From assembly GCF_001194135.2 (NCBI RefSeq), contig NC_068995.1, forward strand, positions 17,288,438 to 17,352,437: a DNA stretch of 64,000 nt, written 5' to 3'. The notes beneath the pieces were generated by a model. The model did no database searches. It worked only from the letters and a program-made list of their open reading frames with translations, and was not told the origin of the DNA. Position numbers and translations under genes: made by a program. This document shows positions 12,961-26,866 of the stretch, in pieces. The DNA comes from Octopus bimaculoides (lineage: Eukaryota). How positions within the stretch are numbered: position 1 is the stretch's first letter; each line of letters opens with the position of its first letter.

Positions 12961-13411
12961 TATAAATGGTGTATGTATGTATGTATGTATGTTTTTTGGC
13001 ATGTAGTTTTGTCTGGTATTATCTTCCAAGTCTTTCACGAATGAGGAAAGAGCTGTATCCTGTGTAACGGTACGTTTCCTGGAATTTAGATATTAAATAG
13101 ATAATAGCCATGTATGTGTATATGTATTTATATATCTATATTTGCATTTACATTTGTTTCTCATATTTTTATTATTTGAATTCAAAGTAGGATATAGATT
13201 TACAAAGTAAAACAAATTCACGCAGTCCGAGTACGGATAACATAACAGCAAGTTATGAATGCGTATTGTAGAAACTCTTGTATAATTTTAGTGTCTATTA
13301 ACATGTCTGTATGTGAACGCTGGTGAATAAGATCTTATCAGATATAAAATTATGAAATGTCTACACTTTTTATATAAAAGGCCTGCAATAGAGATTATTT
13401 TTTGAATTCGA

Positions 13412-13542
13412 TTTACAGGCGAGTGGACTGCAGTAAAGTGAAATGAATTGCTTTGCTCAAGAACCCAATGAGCCGCTTGGTCCTGGAATGGAAAGCACGA
13501 TTGCTAGATGAGTGCAACACACTAACAAATAGGCCACGCACC
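13412..13542 (-). mobile_element. tRNA-derived SINE, third family with CORE/V-like middle
   Basis: Reverse complement ggtgcgtggcctatttgttagtgtgttgcactc...ttcttgagcaaagcaattcatttcac...cagtccactcgcctgtaaa. Confidence 0.55.
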
Positions 13543-13722
13543 TTCTCAGACAAACATACTCGCGCATGCGTGCACACACACGCAAACACAGGCAATATGT
13601 TGGTGAAACTTTATCACTGAATAAAACATTGAACTCTATGAAATTTGACTGTATAATTATACGTCAGGTATCTATATGCATAATACATATTCGTAGATAC
13701 ATAGACGCATAAATACATATAC

Positions 13723-13761
<39 letters not shown>

Positions 13762-14240
13762 ATTCATACCCAGATAGGTTGATAAATAGATAGGGCGGTG
13801 GCATATAGATACCCAACAGATAATTACACAGTCAGATTTCACAGAGTATAATGTCTTACTCAGCAATGATAAGTGAAGTTTTTAATTATTCACTCTGTCA
13901 ACAATTCCAGGCATTTCATTGTCGGCAGTATAAATCAATTCCAATGATCGATAAAATAATCAATCAATTAATTGCTAATACACTGTCACTAAGTTATTCA
14001 ACCAACGAATTAAGCATTTCTTAAAAATCCATTTCCATATTCGGTCTCCCTCTTACTCTCTTTCATACACGCTCTCTCTCCATCTCTCTCTCTCTCTCCC
14101 TTCTCTTCTGTCTCCCCCTCTCCCTCTCTCTCTCTTGCTTTCACTTTATCACTCCTTATTTATCTATGTACTTTTCAGTATACGTATGTATATGTGAATG
14201 TATGAAATGATTTTATATCCATACATACATACATACATAC

Positions 14241-14293
<53 letters not shown>

Positions 14294-14962
14294 GATAGAT
14301 ACACACATTTACATATATGCGTATATGCATTCATACATACATGTATAAACAGATATGTCTTTGGCATTATATTTTAGGTGTACTTCTATATTCAAATGAG
14401 CTAACGTAAATAAATCAGAACGGCCTGTGGCATGAATATGGAAAATAAAGTCGAATAAAGCCCGTTAAATTGCATAGAAGAGTAATTCTTGATTTATAGG
14501 AATGATCATTCCATAGACAGAAATGTAAACAAAAACTTTGTCTCATGTGCGATCAAGTAGAAAACCAGGGAATCAAACAATCTCTAAAACCAACATATTA
14601 TGAAGAAAATACAGTCCCAGAGTCTAGAAACTAAAGGGAATCTCTGGTTTCGTACTTGTGACTCGATATATTTCATCGGCGCAGCATTTGTCCTATACTG
14701 ACCACATCAATATTTACATGTAAACTTATGTACAGATAGCAGAAAACATTTAAGTGCTAGTGTAATCTGCTGATTATCTTTTTCTTAAAGCTGTGACATT
14801 TTAGAAAACTGTTTATCCTTGAGAATATCTCAACGTATGCTTTGAGTCCAGTAACTAGTTTCACGTAGGTTTCTACATTTATTTTTCTCATGGAGGGAAC
14901 AAAATATCAGTTTATTGCATGTATATGTAATAGTGTTTGCACATATGCACGTAGTACTATAT

Positions 14963-15096
14963 NNNNNNNNNNNNNNNNNNNNNNNNNNNNNNNNNNNNNN
15001 NNNNNNNNNNNNNNNNNNNNNNNNNNNNNNNNNNNNNNNNNNNNNNNNNNNNNNNNNNNNNNNNNNNNNNNNNNNNNNNNNNNNNNNNNNNNNNNN
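14963..15096. other. Assembly gap (first of ~14 N-runs)
   Basis: Other N-runs start near 16136, 18166, 19672, 22987, 24818, 27409, 29155, 33489, 37322, 43547, 44181, 46500 and 50491. Nearly all are bordered by (TA)n/(TG)n. Confidence 0.98.
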
Positions 15097-15134
<38 letters not shown>

Positions 15135-15282
15135 TGTATGTATGCATGTACGTATGTAAGTATGTATTATGTGTCTATGTATGTATGCACGTACCTATGT
15201 GTCTTTCTATCTATCTTTTTCTGTGTGTTTTTGTGTGTGTCCAACTTCTTTATACTATATTATTTTTTCTTGATATTATATA

Positions 15283-15322
15283 CTAGCTTAAAAGCCGCAG
15301 TATCGGGCGGCTTTTAAGCTAG
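15283..15322. repeat. Perfect 16-bp inverted repeat with 8-nt loop
   Basis: CTAGCTTAAAAGCCGC-agtatcgg-GCGGCTTTTAAGCTAG. Confidence 0.95.
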
Positions 15323-16023
15323 CTCTTGTGGAAGGCTCCTCATTAGGCCTTGCGCCCAGCAATAACTCTTCGTGCATTGAGTAAAAATTAAATGTTATTA
15401 AACTTCAAGAATATTTTTTAAGAAATGAAAATTTTTTATCAAAACAATGATATAATTTCTCGACTTGGAACTGATTGCAAAGCTGCATGATAAACAACAG
15501 TACCACCACCATAACCACCACATCTGCTATACACACACACCATTCAGACTTTTGACGCCACCATCATCAATACCTTTGACTTCGCCGCCTTCCCCTGTAC
15601 TACCATCACGACTGTCTTTCAGATCACTTACTCTCACCGTCATCCCTAACCACATCGGCAACCACCAGCACCACCAGCACCACCACCACTACCACATACC
15701 CACACTTTCTCTCTCTCTCCTATTATTATTTTTACTGCTACCATCAATACTACTTTTGAGAAAACATCATCAACTCTCCTTGAATTTTTTTGTCACTCTT
15801 TCTCTACCTCTCTCTTTCTCTCTCGCTCTGTCTCTCTTCGCCACCGCCCTCACCGTCTCTATACCTACTATTACTCTGACCCCATCATGAGCAATAGAAG
15901 AGTCATTGAATAGTGAGAGAGGGGTCAAAGTTTGACACACTGGTATGCAGGAATTTGTTTTCGCATTTCTTATATATATGTCTATACACACACACGCACG
16001 CACACACACACACACACACAGAT

Positions 16024-16056
<33 letters not shown>

Positions 16057-16814
16057 CACACATATATATACATATATAACTATATATCTGTATACCTGTA
16101 TATACTTGCATATATGTGTGTATATATATATATATNNNNNNNNNNNNNNNNNNNNNNNNNNNNNNNNNNNNNNNNNNNNNNNNNNNNNNNNNNNNNNNNN
16201 NNNNNNNNNNNNNNNNNNNNNNNNNNNNNNNNNNNNNNNNNNNNNNNNNNNNNNNNNNNNNNNNNNNNNNNNNNNNNNNNNNNNNNNNNNNNNNNNNNNN
16301 NNNNNNNNNNNNNNNNNNNNNNNNNNNNNNNNNNNNNNNNNNNNNNNNNNNNNNNNNNNNNNNNNNNNNNNNNNNNNNNNNNNNNNNNNNNNNNNNNNNN
16401 NNNNNNNNNNNNNNNNNNNNNNNNNNNNNNNNNNNNNNNNNNNNNNNNNNNNNNNNNNNNNNNNNNNNNNNNNNNNNNNNNNNNNNNNNNNNNNNNNNNN
16501 NNNNNNNNNNNNNNNNNNNNNNNNNNNNNNNNNNNNNNNNNNNNNNNNNNNNNNNNNNNNNNNNNNNNNNNNNNNNNNNNNNNNNNNNNNNNNNNNNNNN
16601 NNNNNNNNNNNNNNNNNNNNNNNNNNNNNNNNNNNNNNNNNNNNNNNNNNNNNNNNNNNNNNNNNNNNNNNNNNNNNNNNNNNNNNNNNNNNNNNNNNNN
16701 NNNNNNNNNNNNNNNNNNNNNNNNNNNNNNNNNNNNNNNNNNNNNNNNNNNNNNNNNNNNNNNNNNNNNNNNNNNNNNNNNNNNNNNNNNNNNNNNNNNN
16801 NNNNNNNNNNNNNN

Positions 16815-16847
<33 letters not shown>

Positions 16848-16859
16848 ATTTAGAGAGTG

Positions 16860-16971
16860 TTAGATAGATAGACATACAGGCAGACAGAGTGACAGATACA
16901 TAGATAGATAGAGATACAGAGACACAGATATGTAGACAGACAAACACACTGACATATAGATAGATAGGCAT

Positions 16972-17020
<49 letters not shown>

Positions 17021-17061
17021 CAGATAGACAGACAGATAGATAGACAGAGAGACAGACAGAC

Positions 17062-17122
<61 letters not shown>

Positions 17123-17150
17123 AACAGAGAGAGAGAGAGACAGACAGGTA
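16860..17150. repeat. (GATA)n/(GACA)n tetranucleotide microsatellite
   Basis: Direct reading. Confidence 0.95.
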
Positions 17151-18564
17151 GACAATTAGATAAACGTGATTTTACAGGAGAGTTCGCTTGCAGAGTGCAT
17201 GAGGGCAGTGAGTGTGTGTGTTTGTTTATATGTCAGTGTGTGCATATATTTATCGTTCTGCATATATTTGTTTATCCACAGATCGGTATATATACATTTC
17301 TATACAAATATTTGTGTGATTTGTTATTTGGTGTTTTATAATTTTACTTTTCTTTCTTAAAACATATTTAGATTGTAGCTTAGTGAAACACAATAGGAAT
17401 AATTCAAAAATCAACGATAAAATGTTTGCCGGATTTTACAAAATGACGTCTAATAAAAAATCTATACTTCAGGCTGTAGATATATGTCTAAGAGTCATTA
17501 TTATCTCAAACAATTTCCTTTGAAGTTACGTATATTTGAATATTTATCACAATATTTCAGAATTTTAATGTGCCGAATTTGTTTGTAATCATATATATAT
17601 GTATGCATTCTCAGCTACCATTGTCCTTGTATTTTCACTGGTTTTCCTACGTGCGCATGTATGTATATGTAAGAGTGTGTATATGTGTGTGTATATGTGT
17701 ATACGTGTGTGTGTGTGAGCGTGCGCGCGTATATGTACTATCACAAACCTACACACACACAGACACTCACATACACACACAGCTATATAAGCTAAAATTA
17801 TATTTGTTTGTCTTGAAACGTCACTGTTTTACGAAGTAGCTTTTGCTCAGATAAGCATAAAATAGTGTTAGTTCAACGCATAAAATAAATAATCCCGGGA
17901 CCAAGGTTTCCTGCGGTAAAATAGAAAGGATTCAGGATGATAGATAGTAGAATAGTAATACTTTTAGTGTGGCATTAGGCAAGAATCTTATTGAGAACTA
18001 GCGAAATATTTTTAGTTTATTATATACATATATTCTATTTCTCGATAAAAAACAGCTCTTTCATCATTTCGCCCTATTCTGTCTCTATTCACATTTATTG
18101 AATCCTTCTCTTACAGGCAAAACAAAGCATCGCAAACGTACATACTTTCTCGCTCATCTTTCAAANNNNNNNNNNNNNNNNNNNNNNNNNNNNNNNNNNN
18201 NNNNNNNNNNNNNNNNNNNNNNNNNNNNNNNNNNNNNNNNNNNNNNNNNNNNNNNNNNNNNNNNNNNNNNNNNNNNNNNNNNNNNNNNNNNNNNNNNNNN
18301 NNNNNNNNNNNNNNNNNNNNNNNNNNNNNNNNNNNNNNNNNNNNNNNNNNNNNNNNNNNNNNNNNNNNNNNNNNNNNNNNNNNNNNNNNNNNNNNNNNNN
18401 NNNNNNNNNNNNNNNNNNNNNNNNNNNNNTATATATATATATATATATATACAAAAAAAAGGTAAATATATATAGGAAAAAATATATAAATTAGTCCTAG
18501 AGCGCCCTAGAGCGCACAATGTTCCTGAAGGTCGGCAATGTTCCTCCTCGGTCAGGAGTGGACG

Positions 18565-18607
<43 letters not shown>

Positions 18608-19634
18608 TTGTACTTGAAACTTGGTGTCATCGAATGAACAATGATGTGAGTCTCACGAAGAGTTTATATTTATATTCTCATATAATTAATCTTTGTACTT
18701 TATCTGTTTCTATTCATTAAAATTTATATTTAGAAATTGCTTTGCGATGGAATGGCTATTCTTACAGGGTGTCCAGACTTACACAGAATTCTAAATTTTG
18801 CTTCACCCTGGCGAAACAAATAACATTTCTATTGCATTCTATGTCCTCATTATTATTTGTAACACCATTTGTAATCTTAAAAACAAAGCCTTGTAGAATT
18901 TATGGCTCAGTATTAAAAACTAATACACTTTTGAATTCCTTTCCGGCGGAAATTTTTGCATTCTCGTCTTCCCCAAAGAAGAATATGTATTTCAATCTTC
19001 AATTTAGTTGTATTACTATTTGTGAAAGAAAAAGAGGAGTATCTATGATGGATTCTTCCAAATTTGTACATAATTTTAAATTTCTGCGACTTCTGCAAGA
19101 ACTCTGCATAATCGTACAAAAAATCTCTGAAGACAATGACATAGAATGACATATACCATTCCAGTGGGCATTTATTATTTTGTTTTTAACGATTCAGTTT
19201 TCTGCTGTAAATTCTGATATATTCATGACAACATTTATTCCATCCTCTGTTGTATATTAAAAGTATATGAATGTATTTTTAAGTATTTCTGTAAGTCAAA
19301 TGAATGCAAATTTATAACTGAATGCAAATTTTATGTCCGGAAATATATAATTATAACAATTTTTAAAATTGCATAATGTGGATGAAAAATTGCGTATAAA
19401 TAAATTATATATATATATATTTTTTTCTGTGTGCGCAGTGGTAACCACTCCTACGCTCTTCTGAATTGAATATTCGAAGAATAATTTATTGTCTAGTTAT
19501 ATACATGATTGTAATCACTCAGAAGTAGATACAATAAGAAATAAGAAATAATAAGTTGTCATTTGAATGTTAATTTCATTGTAGTCAATGCTTGAACAGC
19601 GATTAAATATGAGTAGATATGTATAAAGATATGC

Positions 19635-19671
<37 letters not shown>

Positions 19672-20320
19672 NNNNNNNNNNNNNNNNNNNNNNNNNNNNN
19701 NNNNNNNNNNNNNNNNNNNNNNNNNNNNNNNNNNNNNNNNNNNNNNNNNNNNNNNNNNNNNNNNNNNNNNNNNNNNNNNNNNNNNNNNNNNNNNNNNNNN
19801 NNNNNNNNNNNNNNNNNNNNNNNNNNNNNNNNNNNNNNNNNNNNNNNNNNNNNNNNNNNNNNNNNNNNNNNNNNNNNNNNNNNNNNNNNNNNNNNNNNNN
19901 NNNNNNNNNNNNNNNNNNNNNNNNNNNNNNNNNNNNNNNNNNNNNNNNNNNNNNNNNNNNNNNNNNNNNNNNNNNNNNNNNNNNNNNNNNNNNNNNNNNN
20001 NNNNNNNNNNNNNNNNNNNNNNNNNNNNNNNNNNNNNNNNNNNNNNNNNNNNNNNNNNNNATATATATATATATATATACACATGATATATATGTATATG
20101 TGTGTGTGCGTGCGTATGTCTGCATGTATTTGCGAAGATATATCTGTCTAAGCATTTTAGTTTTGCAGATAGTTTGCTTACGTTTCGGTCACTCAGGATA
20201 TCGTTGTGTCAATGCTTGTCTTATAATAGCTTCTGATGTAACTTTTAAAATCAGCAGATTATTAGTGGCCCCCAAATATAGTGTTCTTCTAATCTGTTAA
20301 TAATGAAAGTATTTTGTTCC

Positions 20321-20351
<31 letters not shown>

Positions 20352-20567
20352 GTTTCTATCTTCCGAGTATTTCATACGTTGTGTCGAATGCAATATTGAT
20401 AATACAGCTTAATTTTATTTTATTTTCTATGATTCCAAACTAGGCAGTTTTGATGAAATATGCTCGCTTGAATTGACATTTCTTTAATGGTGCATACATT
20501 TGCGCATTATTTGTCCTGAAATTGAGCTTTGCTTTGTACACGGTTGTATTATGTAGGAAGAAGCAGT

Positions 20568-20787
20568 TGGCGGGGTGGCAGGACCGTTAGTACGCTAGAT
20601 AAAAAGCTTTGTGTCATGTAGAATGTCTCTATGTTGTGAGCTCAAATTCGACGGCGGTTGACTTTGCCTTTCTTCCTTTCAGGGACGATGCAATAAGTAC
20701 CAAGTTAAATAATGGTGTCAATACAATTTGACCCCGCCCGTCCTTGCGAAACTACTGGCCCTGTGCTAAAATTTGGAACTATTATTT
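20568..20787 (+). mobile_element. tRNA-derived SINE (42416 family), old copy
   Basis: ggcggggtggcaggaccgttag...gttgactttgcctttcttcctttcagggacgatgcaataagtacca...ggccctgtgctaaaatttggaact. Confidence 0.7.
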
Positions 20788-21699
20788 ATAAAGAGGACAT
20801 GTATTTGGGCTTCTGTATATATTTGTTAGATGGTTTGTAGCTATTTTTTTCTTCTGGTTGTCGCAAGGGGTGGGGTACCTAATGCGTTAATTCACGTAGT
20901 GTATTATTCTGTATTTTTTGTGGTAGACACTATCTTTGCTCATGAACCACATAATATACGGTAACGAATGTTGTTATAGTATATAAAAGAAATACGGTCG
21001 TATGTAATGCTTTGCTTTTGAAAGCAACTAAATCTGTTATAGCATGTCTGTCGTTGCCAAAGTCTCCTGTGTTGGGCAACAATTTACAGAATGATATAGT
21101 TATATAGTATATAACATTTAGGTATGGCAATGAATAAAGCTTGAGTATTTTAATAAAAGTACTATTTTTCCCATTACAGTTACACAAAACTTGCTTCTGA
21201 CACCGACGACTGGAAATGTAGCGGACCAATGTGTAACTCGTATAACACATATAAACACGGATTTAATTTTGAAAAATAATTAATATACAAATGAATGTAA
21301 CCACTACTATGAAATCACAACATTTTTACGTACAATTCTCTACTAAGCATTAGTCACAACAAATGAAAACAAAAATCCTGTACAATTGATGTTGTTATGT
21401 AGACTTTAGATTTAAATGTAGAGATAACACATATTTATTTTCTACGTAAATAGCAGCGAATTTGTATTCCATAAATTCAACCGATTTTGGCATAATATAT
21501 TTAATATAATTAGCATAATTAGCATATTTGAATTGTTTGCATATATACATATATACATATCTTACATTCGTTGTAGTCATATTTCATTTACAAGTATATA
21601 CACGCAAAAACATACACATAAGTATATGCGTGTGTGTGTGTGTGTGTGTGTGTCCGTGAGGGTGCGTGTGTGTATATATATATAAATATATAAATATGC

Positions 21700-21785
<86 letters not shown>

Positions 21786-21798
21786 GTATGTGTGTGTA

Positions 21799-21829
<31 letters not shown>

Positions 21830-21852
21830 GTGTGTGTGTATGTGTATATGTA

Positions 21853-22665
21853 TAGGGTGCGATGAATATATTGTCGTCTAAATTAGGCAAAAATGAAAAT
21901 AACACTGACATCTCAGTTTAACAGATGTATTTACCAAAATTACATTAAAACATTTTGAAATACTAAAGAGTAAATTTATTCAATAAAATCGCCATCGGCT
22001 TCAACCACGGCCTCCGGACGACTTCGGAATCTCTTGCAACTCTTCTGAACTGTCGCTTTGTTTAAGTTGGTGAAAGTTGCCATAATCCTTGCTTTCTTTA
22101 CATCATTGGTATTACAAGTAGTTTTACTGGTCTCTCGCTCGACTGCGCCCCACACATAGGGTGCGTTGCAGTCTGGAATGTTAGCTGATCTGATGCTAGG
22201 GGTGATGTGATCGGAGAAATTGTCTAACAGCCATGGCTGGGTTCTCTTGTTTGTGCGACGTGGTGCAAAATCCTATTGTCAGGCATAGGTTATTCCAGCA
22301 GTCACCGTATTGACCTAGGGCGGTACTTCCTCCTCCAGGCACTTGATGTACGCCTCCGTGTTGAATGTAAGGCCGTGTGTGAAGATGAATGGAGGTTTAA
22401 GATCGGCCATTTTATCATTATCGGTATATATCCTCAGATTGACACCCAAACACTGAAATGTTCGTATTGGAGCTTCCAACGCGAATGACAAGCACAACAG
22501 CATGTTGCTTCCAAATTTCTGGCAAAGAGGATTGCATCATGATGCTGTTCTTCTCACAGACGGTGCCAAACTCTCTCTACAATGTCGTCGACAAAATCAA
22601 AAACAAATAATAAGCATGCATGAACTTATAATTACAAAATGGCTACAATTTGCTCATCGTATATG
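21853..22665 (-). mobile_element. Non-autonomous DD37D (maT-type) Tc1/mariner deletion derivative
   Basis: TIR TA|tagggtgcgatgaatatattgtcg at 21853 and a degenerate partner ggctacaatttgctcatcg at ~22641-22659. Remnant PPFIFTHGLTFNTEAYIKCLEEEV. Collinear with 53041-53924. Confidence 0.85.
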
Positions 22666-22701
22666 TAAACACACACACACACACACACATGATGTTTGTT
22701 A

Positions 22702-22895
22702 AACATCAGTTATTTGACTGCAGCTATGCTGGAGCACCGCCTTTAGTCGAACAAATCGACTCTTTGACTTACTCTTTGTAAGCCTAGTACTTATTCTATC
22801 GGCCTCTTTTGCCGAACCGCAATTTTACGGGGACGTAAACACACCAACATTGGTAGTCAAGCGATGGTCAGGGGACAACACAGACACACAAACAC
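22702..22895 (-). mobile_element. SINE 3' segment, same family as 54670-54869
   Basis: Reverse complement ...gcggttcggcaaaagaggccgatagaataagtactaggctt...ggcggtgctccagcatagctgcagtcaaataactga matches 54670-54869. Confidence 0.75.
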
Positions 22896-22922
22896 ATCTC
22901 TCTATATATATATAAGTATGTG

Positions 22923-22962
<40 letters not shown>

Positions 22963-24989
22963 CGTATATATATATATATATCTATANNNNNNNNNNNNNN
23001 NNNNNNNNNNNNNNNNNNNNNNNNNNNNNNNNNNNNNNNNNNNNNNNNNNNNNNNNNNNNNNNNNNNNNNNNNNNNNNNNNNNNNNNNNNNNNNNNNNNN
23101 NNNNNNNNNNNNNNNNNNNNNNNNNNNNNNNNNNNNNNNNNNNNNNNNNNNNNNNNNNNNNNNNNNNNNNNNNNNNNNNNNNNNNNNNNNNNNNNNNNNN
23201 NNNNNNNNNNNNNNNNNNNNNNNNNNNNNNNNNNNNNNNNNNNNNNNNNNNNNNNNNNNNNNNNNNNNNNNNNNNNNNNNNNNNNNNNNNNNNNNNNNNN
23301 NNNNNNNNNNNNNNNNNNNNNNNNNNNNNNNNNNNNNNNNNNNNNNNNNNNNNNNNNNNNNNNNNNNNNNNNNNNNNNNNNNNNNNNNNNNNNNNNNNNN
23401 NNNNNNNNNNNNNNNNNNNNNNNNNNNNNNNNNNNNNNNNNNNNNNNNNNNNNNNNNNNNNNNNNNNNNNNNNNNNNNNNNNNNNNNNNNNNNNNNNNNN
23501 NNNNNNNNNNNNNNNNNNNNNNNNNNNNNNNNNNNNNNNNNNNTAAATGCATATTTGAGAAGAAAACTTTTGAAAATATTTGTAGAAAGTAGAATTAAAT
23601 CTATTATAAAGACATGATGCTTAGTCCATTCTGTTGTTGCTTGGTTTCAGCTCTGCCAAGTTCGAATAGATTTATATGTGAAAAGCAAACAACTTTCTAA
23701 TATACTTTTTACTTTCCCAAAACATTATAGCAAACTGTGAGCGATTTTTGATTTCTATCTGCGAGCACAAGTTTTCTTCACGGTCTTAGATATCTATTGT
23801 ATCAGCTGTCGAATATGGCGTAAAGATGTGGACATATGGAAATAATAGGTTATCGTTCCCGATGATATTGGTGTGTTTTTCTGGTGTTCTTTGTGTGTCG
23901 GATTCAAATATGTGAGGGTAGAATATATATCAATGACATACTGCGCTGGAGGTTGTGGATCAGCAGAACTGGTATAGAGTTAGGTCAAATAGGAAAATAG
24001 GGAGAATCAACAAAATGCCAAACAAAATCGAGAGTAGTGAATTCGTAGAATCGGTATGTGCCGTTCGATATTCAGGAATGACAGAATTAGCATAGCAACT
24101 GGAGGAAACACGCCTTGGGAGTGGTGAATTGCCAGAATCTACATCATATTTAATGAAATTCGTTGCACCATTATTTAACATTTTGGAATTAAAGTCGAAT
24201 TTATAAGACGATTTTGCTTTTCATGTTAAGTTAATATAGTACACATGAAATAAGGTTGATTTAAACAACAGTGAGACTATGCAGCCGTTTTCAAAATCGT
24301 TTTATAATCTACCGCCTATTATTTTTTTTATTTGAAAAACGAAGTGTTTTTCCAAAATAGAAAATGATGAAAGAGTATAAAATTCATTAGATGTTGTTGA
24401 CATAATTATTCAACACAAGGTCAGTACTGATTCTAGGAAAATATTATCAAAATTATTGCATGCCTGGAAATCATGTGCTTATTTTACGCATGAAGCATCT
24501 TTGACAGTGCCTCTGGTCATGGGGTAAATTTATATTATGAAGGAGAAGATATACATGGCAGTGGACAACTATCTCATACCAGAGTATACATTATCATATA
24601 CATACATCTAAAGATGTAATACTTCAACACGTAGCCTTTGTTGTATGTTAGAACCAATGTGTGCTAGGATCTCGTGACATACATTTATGTATTATCACAT
24701 AAATTGAATTGTTTGCTGAAGATACAATATCAACATTTATACATGTAAACATGCATCTCAAAGGCTCATACATACCCACGCATATGATGTATATATATAT
24801 AAATATATACATATATANNNNNNNNNNNNNNNNNNNNNNNNNNNNNNNNNNNNNNNNNNNNNNNNNNNNNNNNNNNNNNNNNNNNNNNNNNNNNNNNNNN
24901 NNNNNNNNNNNNNNNNNNNNNNNNNNNNNNNNNNNNNNNNNNNNNNNNNNNNNNNNNNNNNNNNNNNNNNNNNNNNNNNNNNNNNNNNN

Positions 24990-25036
<47 letters not shown>

Positions 25037-25290
25037 TAGTCCACACACGCGCGGACACACACATATACGAATCTGTGTAAATATTTATTAGTGTAGGCAT
25101 ATATATACATATGCATGGGTACAGAGGCACGTTTCTATCACCATGATAATACGTGCGTAAAGTTTATAACTTTGCCATATTCGATATATGACTAGAACAT
25201 TCTTCTTAGTTTTGTTGTTGTTATTATTGTTGCTGTTGTCGCGGTTGTTGTTTTTGCTTTTGTTACTGTGATAATTATTGCTATTATTAT

Positions 25291-25694
25291 TTCCCTTTAT
25301 CACATGTTTTGTTGGAGCTTCGGGAGTCTTCCATGAGTAGCAGGCTTCTATCATGCAGCTTACGGTGCCATGCTATACGTTTTTTCAGCAATCTAATACT
25401 TTCCTGATTATTCTGGCCAAGCCAAGGAGGCAAAACTTTTGAAACAGTTCTACAGGGCACTCTATTTCAATTTCATTTATATCACACCTGATGACTTCTG
25501 ATACTGTTCCCAAGGACCCAACAATAATAGGCACTATCTTCACCTTCTTCATTTTCCATATTCGAGCTATTTCATATTAAGAGGGTTGTATCGCCTTCCT
25601 TCTTGATTCTTCGTGGGCCAAAGGGGCATGCAACATCAACTATATAACATATGTGTTGCATCTTGTCCACCAACACCCGCTCCGGTCTGTTATT
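25291..25694 (-). mobile_element. R4/Dong-type LINE 3' fragment (REL + 3' UTR)
   Basis: Minus strand RPERVLVDKMQHICYIVDVACPF...YEIARIWKMKKVKIVPIIVGSLG; collinear with ~31025-31449; AAT-rich tracts on both sides. Confidence 0.85.
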
Positions 25695-25738
25695 ATTGCT
25701 ATTATTATTGTTTTTGTTGTTGTTGTTGTTATTATTAC

Positions 25739-25802
<64 letters not shown>

Positions 25803-25890
25803 TTATTACTATTATTTACTTTTAATGAGCAACATTGTTACTATTATTATCATTTACTTTTATTCTGCATTATTGTTATTATTATTATTC

Positions 25891-26790
25891 ATATAGACAT
25901 CAACCTTGCATGGCATTTCCAGCTGCCTTAAAAAGTCTTGAAGTTTCAATGGGATTAAGGCCAACGCTCGCTCCGATCACCATTAGCATCACTTTTATAT
26001 TACCTTCTCGCATTCCATACAGTCGTGACAGTTCCACTTTCAGGTCGGAGTACTTGGTGATTTTTTTCAACCTCTTTACTCAACATTCATGTCATTTGGT
26101 ATGGCTACATCAATGATCTGACAGTATTTCTCTCTCTTATTCACTATGACAATATACGGCCGACGGTGTTCGATTACACAATCCGTCAGAAAATCATAAT
26201 CTCAGGGTATCGTCACTGTTTTGCATCCCCCTGCATAAACTTATTTGGTACATTCTCATACCAGTTCCCTGCTACTTCATAGTGGTATTTACGGCATAAG
26301 AGCCAATGAGGATACACACACACTTTATCGTGGCGATGCTTGTATTCTTTTTGTGCAAGGCTCACACATCCACTTTCCAAGTGAGTCACATTTTCCACAC
26401 TCTTTCCACACTCTTTCCACAGAGTTTGCATTTCTGGATGTCAGAAGTTTTATAGACGTTATACTTCACTGACCTGGTAGCGAGAACCTGGTCTTGTATT
26501 GCAATGATCGAGCCTTTCGTAGTACGCTTCAAATTACCACGCCCACGATGCTATATTATCCTTAACGTCTTGTGTATTCCTTTCAAACTGTCCCTTCATT
26601 CTCATTTGAAGAAGGTTTTCTCTTCTCCCTATACTTTTCCTTGCCCATTATTTCATCTGCATTTACACCCATATGTTTCGCAGCATATTGCAGCAGGCCT
26701 TCATCACTATCAAACACTAGGCAAGCGTTCTCCTTTCACTCCATATACAATGGTCTGTATTAATTAGTCCTCTGCTACCGTGCTTTCTTT

Positions 26791-26792
<2 letters not shown>
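25891..26792 (-). mobile_element. R4/Dong-type LINE fragment (thumb-CCHC-REL), truncated at both ends
   Basis: KRKHGSRGLI, AIQDQVLATR, CGKSVENVTHLESGCVSLAQKEYKHRHDKV (ORF 26213-26431), QIIDVAIPND and KKITKYSDLKVELSRLY. Lies between (TAT)n tracts. Confidence 0.85.

Positions 26793-26866
<74 letters not shown>

Noticed and set aside
18742-19152. TACAGGGTGTCC TIR-like start and a hAT-like HCLQRFF trace
   Set aside because: No partner TIR found and the protein similarity is too short.
20176-20200. ctgagtgaccgaaacgta (minus strand) hammerhead-like string
   Set aside because: Core spacing is wrong and no stems I/II form.
21165-21280. Good-looking splice acceptor (tttttcccattacag) followed by YTKLASDTDDWKC
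   Set aside because: Such acceptors arise often by chance; no strong donor, homology or partner exon.
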